From Pecten maximus (lineage: Eukaryota), in contig NC_047017.1 of the NCBI RefSeq assembly GCF_902652985.1, positions 18,476,001 to 18,540,000 on the forward strand: a stretch of DNA of 64,000 nt, read 5' to 3'. Positions 14,801-27,426 of this stretch are shown here, one piece after another. A program made the translations under genes and the position numbers. The notes under the pieces were generated by a model. It made no database searches, was not told the origin of the DNA, and worked only from the letters and a program-made list of their open reading frames with translations. Every line of letters begins with the position of its first letter. The first letter of the stretch is position 1.

Positions 14801-17800
14801 ACCAGTCAGAGGGCAGGAAATGGCAGTCATTTTGTTTAAATGTGAAATTGGGGTAACGTAGGTTACCGGTGTCCCAAGGTGTACCTACATACCAAATTTC
14901 ATGAAAATCGGACAATGTTTAAATTCCAATTAGAGGCCAGAAAATGGCGGCTATTTTGTTTTTAATTCCAACTGTTTTAGACAAAAATAAAGCAGTGACC
15001 ATTCCTCCCACAAATATTTATTGAATACCATCAAAGAGAAAAAGAGTTATTGCGATTTAGTTTCTTAGCCAATCAGAGGCCATGGCGGTCATATTGGTTG
15101 AATGCTCGGGAAGAAAAGGCCCCTAACCATTTGTTTAAAATTTTATGAACTTCCGCCCAATAGTTTTTGAGAAGTGTATCGGACAAAATTACGGTGGGAA
15201 AATACTCATCAGAAAATTAGAGCCATCACAATAAGTCCCCACTTCGTTTGAAGGACTTAACTACATTTAAAGTATGTCGTTGGACAGCAGGGCGTTTTTG
15301 TCACAATGAAGCAAAGTTATCCCTAAACGGCAAATACTGAAGCAAATACAGCATGTAAATACATTTGTATGTTAGACAGGATTGTTGGTATTGTTGGCAT
15401 AACTGTAGGGAAGTTAAAGGTAAGGTACTGTACATGTGCCTAGTTCACAAAACTGCCTACATGGTTTTTATACTGGCTCAAAGAGAGTGGATATTGCTGA
15501 TGAGTGTACACAACTATACCTAAAATAACTGTATCCTCAACCCCCTCCGTTTCAATATGGATTTGTCTCGGATAATCGGATAATATATATGATTTCTTAT
15601 TATCATCAGTCAAAACATGTCATCACACTAAATACATATCTTGAAAGTAGTCATTCTGAATGCACTTGTTTGTTTGGTTTGTTGGGTTTATCGCCCCGTC
15701 GACAGCCAGTGTCATTTTGAGGCGGGGTCTCCTTGCAGTGGTTGGTACACAGATACTCGTCTCGTCTGTCAATACACCCACTATATACAATCCCTGACTG
15801 ATACTGGGTGTATTGACAGACGAGACGGGTACCTGTGGCTGTTGATTACCTCGCTTAACAACATACGGGAGGACCGTCGCATGTAACCCACAGCAATTAG
15901 GGTGAAGTGTCTTGCTCAAAAACACAACGACGACAACTCAGACCGGGCAGCTTCTCAGCTTCCCTAGAAACACAAACCAACACTGGGAGGGAGCGTCGAA
16001 CCAAGTACCTCCGATCTTCACACTGAGTGTGCGTGTTCGGCGCTCTTACTGACTGAGCTATTGGGACCCCTTTTATGAATACACCGGTTTTACTGTGTTA
16101 TATTAAAAGTATATAAGTGTGAAAATATTGGTTGAAGTTATTAGTGTCGATAAGACATTTACATAATTTTGTAGGTAAAATGCGTTGGTGATTATTCATT
16201 TAAATGTGTCACTACTGTACACCGCAATGCGTGCATCTGGTATACTTTATAAGTGATGTCCCATCTGTTTTTTTAACTGGTGTTTATTTTTTCCAGGATT
16301 GTGATCAACTTTCAATCCGAGGATGGCAATAACAAGGCCCTACATTTTAACCCTCGCCCAGAGCAGGGCGTTGTGGTCAGGAATTCCTTCCGCGATGGAT
16401 CCTGGGAAGATGAAGAGCGGGACCAGCCATCCTTTCCGTTCAGTACTGGTGTCGACTTCTGCATTACTTTTGTCGTAACTGACAACTGCTTCAAAATACT
16501 GGTGAACGGAGATAAATTCTGTAACTTCAATCACCGTCTATCTCACGGCGATGGGAGCCACCTACAGCTGGGCGGTGCTGACTTTCATGAAGTTCAGGTC
16601 CTGGACAGATATGTAAGTGGTTAGTGTAACCTATACACAAAATCACATAGCAATTCCATATGTTCAGGACACCAAATAGTAAATACTGTAAACTTACTCT
16701 ATTTGGCGAACACAAAATTTTAGCGCCTCTCCGAGTTTTAACAGATTAGCGCATCGATGAACTGACTCGCCGAAATTGTTTTATATAGAAACAGTGTATA
16801 GAAAGTACAATCAGTGCATTCATAATTGACCAGAATTCTTCTATCGCGAAAACCGCAAAAATAATATTACCGCTAAAATATGAACGTTTACAGTACTTGC
16901 TTTAATATTTAAGACCTTGTAATCATGCTTGAATGGGAACTTAATATTATAGCATTACATGAATGCCTTTCATGAACTGTCATACATAACACAATATGAT
17001 AAAGAAGCCATAATTCAAACATTAATCGATAAAACGAAGGCCAAATATGAACAAATATGATAAATATGCATGGAACCTCCCGAAAAGGTACAAGGAAATA
17101 TTGGTTGCAATCTCGCATGAGAATAAAGGTGATCAGAACAAAACCATTAGACATACCAACAGTCAGTATTCCTATTGATATGCATATGATATATCAGCGG
17201 TGCTGTATTTTCTATTTAATTCAGAAAATGATCGATTTTTATTTCATAAAGCGTCTATAATTTCAAATTAACTAGTCGTAAATGTATTTTTCTAAATGTC
17301 ATTTTAACAAGGAACTAGATGTGATGTTATATAATCGTTCAGTAACTTATACCTGTACCATTTTTTTCAGACCCATGGACATAACACTTCTCTGCCGGGT
17401 GGATTGAAGGTCGGAAAAGGCATAAGAGTTCTCGGCGTGTGCCAAGACGACGCCGGGTAAGTTGTGACATCAATTAATACTATCTTTATGACAATTTTTA
17501 GTTTGCTTCATGCTTACTTAAATTAATACATTAAATATATATAAGTATATTACAGCTGTTTTAATTTCTTTATTTAGCTTTAGCCTCAACTTTATGTGTG
17601 GAAATGACATCGCTTTCCATTTTAACCCCCGTCCAACAGAGGGCACTGTCGTCAGGAATAGCCAGTTAGGTGGAGGATGGGGAGAGGAAGAAAGAGGAGG
17701 CGACGGGTTCCCCTTTGAAACTGGTGCCATATTTGACGCAATGTTTTTCTGCAGCAATGACGAATTTACGGTATATATACTAGTACTATATATATCTATT

Positions 17801-20800
17801 TACATTCGAATAATTATTGTTTCATGTGTTTAGCATCACAAATAACGTAATATTGCCAAGGTCACATAAAAAATTCGAACTATTACTTATGACACTTCTA
17901 TTGCAGGTGTATGTGAACAACAAAGAGTACATAACCTATGGCCATAGGTGTGACTTTTCCGCAGTGTCAGATTTCCAAGTCCACGGGAACGTCGACGTCA
18001 AGCTGGTCCAGTGGCTGACTACAATGGTAACGGAATTATGCCTTTCTAGCTTATCACTATGATAATAACAATTTTAGGTGATACGTCCGACCGGGTTTCT
18101 GTGGGTATTCCCAGTCTCTGTGCAATAAATGCGATTTAGATAAGTTGATATTACGTGTTTCGCTTCGAGTACGTTGGTAAGTTCGTGTAGCTGAAGCTTG
18201 GGAAAGCTCGTATAAATGAAGTTTAGGAAAGCTCGTATAAATGAAGTTTAGGAAAGTTCGTATAAATGAAGTTTAGGAAAGTTCGTATAAATGAAGTTTA
18301 GGAATATCAGTGTAACTGGACCTTAGGGAAATTCTTGGGTCTGAAGTTTAAAAATGTTGGTATAACTGAAATTTACGAAAGTTCGAGTAGCTGAAGCTGT
18401 GGAAAGTTCATATAACTTGAACTTTGGGAAATTCGTGAAACTGAAGTTTAGGGATGTTCGTGTAACTGAAGCTTAGGAAAATTCGAGTTACTGAAGCTTA
18501 GAAAAGTTCGTGTAACTGAAGCTGAGCAAAGTTCGTGTAACTGAAGCTTAGGAAAGATCGTGTAACTGAAGCTTAGGAAATTCGTATAACTGAAGTTAAG
18601 GGATGTTCGTGTAACTGAAGCTTAGGAAAGTTCGTGTAACTTAAAAAAACAGTAGTATAATGTTCTTGTGACTCAAGCTAAATAAACTTTCGCCATTGAA
18701 CGATCATGTGACTTAAGTAAATTACTTCCTGTAAGTTAAGGTTATAAATGTTCTGATAACTCTAATGACATACTTCTCATCGTAGGATGACGATTATGTG
18801 GAACTCTTTCCGTTTGAGGCTGGCAACAAGGAACAGCTGGTTTTCCGAGGATTTATGAAGAAAGGTGGAAACAGGTCCGTTACAGACATAATTAACAGAC
18901 ACACAACTATATTACTGTAGCGGACGTAAAATATATTTGTGGCATTCTCATCTTACATAAAACAAACAAATGCTACGTGTTGCTACCACATGGCTATATA
19001 ATACTATAGAGGGTGACTAGTTTTCAGACGTGTGTCTGAAACAAAGACAAATTATATCTCTTTGTATGTAGGTAAGACTGTCATTATCATTTTTGCATAC
19101 ACTTTTATATTACTCAGTAAGAAAGCTTTGTAAAATAATATTTCGAGCTGGCATTCCTTACTTTGGTTACTTTGAGTTTACTCGCAGCATTTCCTCTTTG
19201 TATGGTAGAGTGGGGGTACGTAATTTCGCACACTTTCGGTATGTATTTAAATACATTTCCATCAAATCAATTTCAAATCAAGAAAGAATACCTCACATTG
19301 TTAGATGTACAAATGCTTCGTAACATACAAGTGTGCAACCTGATATGCGCACACGTATCACTGCGCATGGGAGCTGTTGTTAACTTGTGTTTATTGCTGG
19401 GTTTGAAGACGATCGGGAACGTAATTTCGCACACCCATCTAACTTATTTAATTTTGTTGGTAAAAATAGTTTCCAGTCATCTTGTAGACAAACAACATCC
19501 TAAACTAAGATTAAGCCCAATGCCATGATTAAAAAAATCTTTAAAAACAAAATAATGTGAAATTAGAAAGTGTTAATTTACCGCCATTTTAGCTTTAAAT
19601 AATGACCGTTCCCTATGGAGGTAATGTAAACAAGGCGGTGAAAATGACGGGGTGTCTACAGGTCAGCACTGCTATAAGTTATATTTAAGTGAATTTGTAT
19701 TCAGTTTTGTTTATAATCTGATCAAATAATATTTTCCCTAAATATTTGCAAATTCACATACCAATCAACAACTGGGATTATTTTAAATAAAATATTTAAT
19801 CATCCGGTATCAATTTTATCGGAAGAGAGTCGTATCAATTAAAATTTGTTTTCAAAACGAACTTTATCTGAAAAGATGTACTTAAAATGGCAAATGTTCC
19901 ACTAAAGGTTCGCATTAGTCAACATATAAACAAAAAAGCACAGTCCTCGACCACTTAGAGGAAAAACGCAAAAAATCGTCAGGTGTGCGAATTTACGTAC
20001 TGTGCGAAATTACGTACCCTTGCTCTATATCTTTAATACTCCTTATCCTTTATCAAGGCTATAATAATCATATAGAGTAAATATTTATAAATCATTATAT
20101 GATTATTTTTTCTATCTTCACCTCATGTAAATCATGGTAAAGATGTATGCTATGTAACGGACTAGTTGGATGATGTCAACATCCAGGAATGGTCAATTTG
20201 AAGAGAAAAAAAACACCCTTGGATGTAAAAGAATATTTCATGCTATAGTACACTAAACAAAGAAACAATTTGATACCTATTATTCCATACCCCAACATAT
20301 TAGTTTTGATGTGAACAAAATAAGTTTTAAAACATCGAAAACAAAGACAAAATTCCAAAATAACATTATGTATCTATTTATCATATATACTTGATATGAT
20401 AATGCATGTAGTTACTCCGATTCAAAATACAGTAAAACTTTTCTTGTTTCAATCAGATAATGGAACAAAGATCTGACTAAAATGATATCCTTTTGATTCA
20501 TTTTCAGGTTTGCAGTTAACTTCCTGGAAGGTCGTGAGGCCGACTCCGACATTGCCTTTCACTTCAATCCCCGAGTTGATGACGGAGAAATCGTCATGAA
20601 CTCGAAATTAGGGGAATGGGGTTCTGAAGAGAGAATTCCTTTGCCCCCGGTTTTTGGAACCAACGATGTGTTTGAACTTAAAATTGTCACAAAGAAGAGA
20701 AAGTTCAAGGTAGAATAATCAAATAAATCAATACAGGGGGCATACTTTCCAATTAGCATAAACTAATGCACCCGGCAATTGAATGATATATGGTGCGAGT

Positions 20801-23800
20801 TTAGTAGACTACTAAGTATCTACTATTGTTTTGGTAAAAACCTTCCATGTTCAGATTGATACTGTAAGACTTGTCAGTAACAGTAGGGAATTAAGCCGTC
20901 TTGGCAAATTTGTTTTTTGACACAAATAGGATAAAAGCTGTACATTTTAATTCTTACTCCACTTTTGTCTTCATGTTTCACATCCTAATTTAATATAATA
21001 TGTACTCTTTTTCAATATTTAATCATCAGTTGCTTCTTTTCACAATACGTTGGTTGTATAGGTTATAATAAAAGTTTTAAAAATTATAATTGTTATTAAC
21101 GTTACAAGTAAAGCTATAACGGCATTATACGGAAGGAATGTTCACCTCACAGGTTGTACTGGATGGAGAGACGCTGTATAAGTATAAATGTCGGGGTGAA
21201 ATGAGTGCTGTTAAGGGTGTCCGTATAGGCTACGGCGACAGCGTGCTCTACTTGGTGGATGTAAGGCGCAAATTGGTAAGTATGGTGGATACGACGTATT
21301 TATAACATTATATTTAATGCTGGAAAATAAATGTTCAACACTCCATTATAGTATAATGATGTTTGCACTGCATTCTGTGAAGGAGTGTTGAATGTAACTT
21401 TAGTTAGCGTTATGAATTCTTGAGGTCAGCGTGATATACGATTTTGATTCCGCCATTTTATTAACCTGATTTAGCAACGACACTTTTAGCCTCGCTGTCG
21501 AGTCCAATAAGGATGTAAAGTTGATGATTCAGTTTTATTTTCATTATTTCCGGATTAATTGTTTCAAGGTTCTCATTGTAAAATTTTCTTTTGATCAAAC
21601 ATGTAGATTGCTTTCCTGGAAATATATCATTTCGTTTTACCTTACCCAGTATTTATTCAAAAAAGTTGTGATAACATAAGCATATATGTCATTACTTATC
21701 ATTTTCTTATGTAGGGTTCCCGAGAGCTCATCCCCCTTTCTGATCCACTTGTGGAGGACAACTGGGTTGTGGTTCGTGGAAAGATAAAGAAAAATGGAAA
21801 TGGGTAAAACACGATAATGTTATGATTCTTTATACGCTAAAGCTGTTTGATAAATTCGTTCACCTAAAATAAATCACGTATATTTCGAGTGGGATTTATT
21901 TTCGCGTTATTATGCGAGGAGAGTCAATCGCAAGTTCAAATCATTTGCGAATATTTTTGGGAAAATAACACCTCTGGGTGGCGGCCAATTATCGGTTACC
22001 GATGTAGATGTCTTGTGGAGTTCATGGCTCAATAATTAGTCAATCTTTGATTCAAAGTTTTAGATCAGCGTTCGTGAAGTTATGTGTTCACGAATATACC
22101 TGAAGAGTTCGGTTTGCGAAATAAAGTATTAGAACCAAGAGAAACACAAAAGGATTCAAGTTAATCCTTTTCGTTTATGTATATTAGTATCGTACGTCAA
22201 CTGACTCTGTATGTCTGTATCTTACGTCAACTGACTCTATATGTCTGTATGTTACGTCAACTGACTGTATATGTCTGTATGTTACGTCACCTGACTCTAT
22301 ATGTCTGTATCTTACGTCAACTGACTCTATATGTCTGTATCTTACGTCAACTGACTCTATATGTCTGTATGTTACGTCACCTGACTCTATATGTCTGTAT
22401 CTTACGTCACCTGACTGTATATGTCTGTATCTTACGTCACCTGACTGTATATGTCTGTATCTTACGTCACCTGACTGTATATGTTTGTATCTTACGTCAA
22501 CTGACTCTATATGTCTGTATCTTATGTCAACTGACTCTATATGTCTGTATCTTACGTCAACTGACTCTATATGTCTGTATCTTACGTCACCTGACTGTAT
22601 ATGTCTGTATGTTACGTCAACTGACTCTATATGTCTGTATGTTACGTCAACTGACTGTATATGTCTGTATCTTATGTCAACTGACTCTATATGTTTGTAT
22701 CTTACGTCAACTGACTCTATTGTCTGTATCTTACGTCAACTGACTGTATATGTCTGTATGTTACGTCAACTGACTGTATATGTCTGTATCTTATGTCAAC
22801 TGACTCTATATGTCTGTATCTTACGTCAACTGACTCTATATGTCTGTATCTTACGTCAACTGACTGTATATGTCTGTATGTTACGTCAACTGACTCTATA
22901 TGTCTGTATGTTACGTCAACTGACTGTATATGTCTGTATCTTATATCAACTGACTCTATATGTTTGTATCTTACGTCAACTGACTCTATTGTCTGTATCT
23001 TACGTCAACTGACTGTATATGTCTGTATGTTACGTCAACTGACTGTATATGTCTGTATGTTACGTCAACTGACTGTATATGTCTGTATCTTACGTCAACT
23101 GACTCTATATGTCTGTATCTTACGTCAACTGACTATATATGTCTGTATCTAACGTCAACTGACTGTACATGTCTGTATCTTACGTCAACTGACTCTATAT
23201 GTCTGTATCTAACGTCAACTGACTGTATATGTCTGTATGTTACGTCAACTGACTGTATATGTTTGTATCTTACGTCAACTGACTCTATTGTCTGTATCTT
23301 ACGTCACCTGACTCTATATGTCTGTATCTTACGTCAACTGACTCTATATGTCTGTATCTTACGTCAACTGACTCTATATGTCTGTATGTTACGTCAACTG
23401 ACTGTATATGTCTGTATCTAACGTCAACTGACTGTATATGTCTGTATGTTACGTCAACTGACTGTATATGTCTGTATCTTACGTCAACTGACTCTATATG
23501 TCTGTATCTTACGTCAACTGACTCTATATGTCTGTATGTTACGTCAACTGACTCTATTGTCTGTATCTTACGTCAACTGACTGTATATGTCTGTATCTTA
23601 CGTCAACTGACTGTATATGTCTGTACCTTACGTCAACTGACTGTATATGTCTGTATGTTACGTCAACTGACTGTATATGTCTGTATCTTACGTCAACTGA
23701 CTCTATATGTCTGTATCTTACGTCAACTGACTCTGTATGTCTGTATCTTACGTCAACTGACTCTATATGTCTGTATGTTACGTCAACTGACTCTATATGT

Positions 23801-25894
23801 CTGTATCTTACGTCAACTGACTCTATATGTCTGTATGTTACGTCAACTTACTCTATATGTCTGTATCTTACGTCACGTGACTCGATATGTCTGTATCTTA
23901 CGTCACCTGACTCTATATATCTGTATCTTACGTCAACTGACTGTATATGTCTGTATGTTACGTCAACTTACTCTATATGTCTGTATCTTACGTCACGTGA
24001 CTCGATATGTCTGTATCTTACGTCACCTGACTCTATATGTCTGTATCTAACGTCAACTGACTGTATATGTCTGTATGTTACGTCACCTGACTCTATATGT
24101 TTGTATCTTACGTCAACTGACTGTATATGTCTGTATGTTACGTCAACTTACTCTATATGTCTGTATCTTACGTCAACTGACTGTATATGTCTGTATCTAA
24201 CGTCACCTGACTCTATATGTTTGTATCTTACGTCAACTGACTCTATATGTCTGTATGTTACGTCACCTGACTCTATATGTCTGTATGTTACGTCAACTGA
24301 CTGTATATGTCTGTATCTTACGTCAACTGACTGTATATGTCTGTATCTTACGTCACGTGACTCGATATGTCTGTATCTTACGTCACCTGACTCTATATGT
24401 CTGTATCTTACGTCAACTGACTGTATATGTCTGTATCTTACGTCAACTTACTCTATATGTCTGTATATTACGTCAACTGACTCTATATGTCTGTATCTTA
24501 CGTCAACTGACTCTGTATGTCAGTATCTTACGTCAACTGACTCTACATGTCGGTATGTTACGTCAACTGACCCTATATGTTTGTATATTACGTCACCTGA
24601 CTCGATATGTTTGTATATTACGCCCATCGAATATCTATTTGTGACCTTTATCCGACAACTATATGTCGATTGACTTTATGACTGTGTTCAAAGTCCGACT
24701 TTTGGCGTCAGGATTCAATACTTGACTCACTTGAACATGATTATGATTTATAAGTAGACCCTTATTTAAAGTGTATCATGTCATATGTTTATCTAGACAG
24801 ATCTTGAGATAGATATGACTAATTCAAAACAAAAACAAACAAAAATTGATGCCTTTGAATTTAAAAAAAGAGTCTGTTTTCTTCATTTTTTTTTTTTTTA
24901 TCTTATCCTTGCCTGCAGCAAAAATATATCATCGTTTCCTTTGTACTTTACATTGTAGGGTTGATGACCATGCTTTCCCATTTTAAGTCTTTGTACAGAT
25001 TTTGGACATTAGCCTTCTTCATTTGGTTCTAAATGTCATTTTTGCAGTTTATGTATGAGCCTCTAGGTGCAAACTAATAGATTTACAATACAATCTAGAT
25101 TTGCTGTGAATTTCCGGCTGGGAGAAGATGGCGGAGGAGACATAGCATTCCACTTCTATCCCCGAATTAGCGAGGGTTGTACAGTCCGCAATGCATGCAT
25201 TGGCGGCGGCTGGCAGGAGGAGGAGAGAGACCAACCGGACTTCCCATTCCAACAAAGAAAGGAATTTGAAATCACATTTCAAGTAAAGCAGGATAAGTTT
25301 TCGGTAAGTTTTGTCGAAATAGTTTCCTTTTTATTATTAAGAATGCACGTTTTTAATTTTCCACAGAAAGTATCTGGCAATGCTGCATATGTATAGGTAT
25401 GCTAATTATGTGTTAAGGGTAATCTTATATTGATTCTCGGGCCAATTTTCACAGAAATAACTTAATGAATTCTTTGTATGTATTTATCATATCGTATCCT
25501 AGACGTTACTTTTGTCACGTAATTATCGAAATGGTTTGACTTTTTTCTTCTCCAAAATTCGCGAAAAATGTATGTTTAAAAAGAACCTTTACAACTTGTG
25601 TGGTCACATACTTTTCACAAAACAGACATGCTGTACATACATGATGTACATACATTGTTTCTAAAAAAAAAAAGCAATTTTTCTGTTTCCTTTGTAAAGT
25701 TTAAAATGTCCATGTATAAAGGGAATGTTCTGAAGAATGCTAACGTTGTGTGTTAATTTTTGGCATGAATTATTTTACAGACTTATGTTAACGGGAAACA
25801 ATACATTGACTTCAGCCATCGTGTCCCTCTCGGTGAGATTGGAGTAATACAGCTGTCGGGAGACGGCAACTTCTTTGTGCCTGAGGTGTTATAG
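11857..25894 (+). CDS. Quadruple-CRD (tetra-domain) galectin, gene 2; 12 exons, ~549 aa
   Basis: Exons 11857-11880 (MLIKIPVH), 12416-12504, 16297-16612, 17371-17456, 17578-17770, 17907-18026, 18786-18874, 20508-20709, 21153-21275, 21715-21803, 25099-25303 and 25781-25894 (TAG) sum to 1650 nt. Intron positions and phases match gene 1. CRD motifs are HFNPR three times and HFYPR once, each with WxxEER. No signal peptide. Exon 1 is the least certain. Confidence 0.93.
14635..15259. mobile_element. Non-autonomous Helentron/HINE-like repeat
   Basis: Internal repeated AGAGG..AGGAAATGGC units, an ATACCAAATTTCATGAAAATCGG motif and a 3' stem-loop TAAGTCC...GGACTTA. The family assignment is from memory. 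Confidence 0.45.
15666..16070 (-). mobile_element. tRNA-derived CORE-type SINE with an internal 37-bp-stem hairpin
   Basis: Minus strand: GGGGTCCCAATAGCTCAGTCAG (A box), GGTTCGACGC (B box), CORE-like GTGTTTTTGAGCAAGACACTTCACC and an (AAAC)n tail. Near-TSD TGAATGCAC/TGAATACAC. Confidence 0.8.
16684..16895. mobile_element. MITE with TACTGTAAAC...GTTTACAGTA termini (TA target-site duplication)
   Basis: 10-bp inverted ends, same terminal family as 4287-4524. Confidence 0.7.
18176..18641. repeat. 25-bp minisatellite (~GAAGCTTAGGAAAGTTCGTGTAACT), about 18 copies
   Basis: Direct tandem units in intron 6 of galectin gene 2. Confidence 0.9.
19206..20027. mobile_element. Non-autonomous DNA transposon with 27-bp terminal inverted repeats
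   Basis: TAGAGTGGGGGTACGTAATTTCGCACA versus the reverse complement of TGTGCGAAATTACGTACCCTTGCTCTA (24/27). Internal copies of the CGTAATTTCGCACA motif. Confidence 0.8.
22178..24621. repeat. 30-bp minisatellite (CTGACTSTATATGTCTGTATSTTACGTCAM), about 81 copies
   Basis: Highly homogeneous tandem array in intron 10 of galectin gene 2. Confidence 0.98.
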
Positions 25895-26708
25895 TGTCTG
25901 TGACTGATGATTGGAACTTCTCTACATAAATAGTGCCATCCTAGATGTATCTACCATGCACCATGCTAAGTCAGCGATACCAATCACCAGAACAGATTTG
26001 TTACTTACATTAATTCACTTTGTTAGCGAAAATAGTTGCTTCCACTAACGTAATCTGTTCAGACTTAGATCAATATGCGAATGGTTTAAGTGATCCATCT
26101 ACAATGTATATTAATGATTCCTTTTCAACTGTGTATTGATATATATACGAGTCCCACGATGTTTGATTTTACCATTCGCATAAATTATGTGAGTCTCATC
26201 AATATTCTATGAGAAAAGGACTCGGGACATGCATATAAATGCTTCACTGTTATATGTTATATAGGTCTTGGTAGGTACTTAGGAACTTTTAATGTTATTT
26301 CGCTTTTTTTTATGAAACGCTTCAACTACAACTTCTCGTGAAGACGGCCTTATAAATGTTAAATATTGTAATATGTCTATACAATCCAATGCACTGCACG
26401 AAATTACGACATTCTTCATATGTGCCGGATATTATAGTCTGTTTCTTTTTGTAGTGCAAATACTTGTTTGTCCACAAAATGTTTTATTTCACTTATTTTG
26501 TATGAAACAATGTTTGGGAGTTTTAATACTACTCGCGGAGAAGGTCATCTGGGTGTTTAAATCTTATGTATGTTTATACAATCAAATGTGCTAGATCTAC
26601 ACACAATATGCTGTACTATGTAATTTGACGTTGAATCAGCATTAAAAACTGTTTTTAATTAATAAAATATTAATTTTCTTGAAACTTATATTTGTTATTT
26701 ATATATAA

Positions 26709-27052
26709 GTAACCGAGACATTCTACAACTCTATTCAAAAGGACATGTGACAATGGTTCATGCCCCTGTGATTCTGCTTCAATCAATATACATTGCAATA
26801 TTATTATTCCATTGAATTATGCAAATACATTTTCATTTAAATATAAGCAACTTTCTACAAATAGTGAAATGCAAAAATAGTTCATAATTCAAACGAACCG
26901 TTAATACACTAGAAATAGGTAACCGAGACATTCAACAACTCTATCAAAAGGACATGTGACAATGGTTCATGCCCCTGTGATTCTACTTCAATCAATATAC
27001 AGTACAATATCATTATTCCATTGAGTTATGCAAATGCATTCTAATTTAAATA
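26709..27052. repeat. Direct duplication of ~135 bp (210-bp offset)
   Basis: GTAACCGAGACATTC...CAAAAGGACATGTGACAATGGTTCATGCCCCTGTGATTCT occurs at 26709 and 26919. Confidence 0.85.
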
Positions 27053-27426
27053 AAATAAATTGTTTACAAATAATAAAATAAAAAAAATAAATCAACGATA
27101 CGGTCAGACACGAGCAACGAGAGAGAGGGGGGGGTTGGGGGGTTGGGGGGGGGGGGGGGGGGGGGATACGTTACAGTCTGGAGAGTGTACGAAGTTGGTC
27201 GCCTTCAATGTCCCTGTAATTGAAAAGATGACGATTCCAGACTTTTCATGCATTGACAAGGTGAAGTGATGTACAGCTGGTTCATTTTCCCACGAATCTT
27301 GGGGATTTACGCTATAAATATATACACAATTCATTATAAGAGAATCTGCTTCGTAGATATCGCATATTAATACTGTGTACTGTGTACCGTGTTGCAAAGA
27401 ATGGTAAAGATGATATCTTCATGAAT

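Noticed and set aside
22178-24621. CRISPR-like array
   Set aside because: The units abut directly with no unique spacers, there are no cas genes, and the context is eukaryotic.
22177-24673. Long ORFs with repeated LRQLTLYVCI / TSTDSICLYL peptides
   Set aside because: They are translations of the 30-bp minisatellite, which is stop-free in two frames. They lie in a galectin intron and are broken by 29-bp units.
3755-25282. Minus-strand ORFs overlapping galectin exons (for example 3755-4135, 5136-5429, 7913-8149, 16312-16534, 25049-25282)
   Set aside because: They are antisense shadows of the GC-richer coding exons and show no independent splice structure or motifs.
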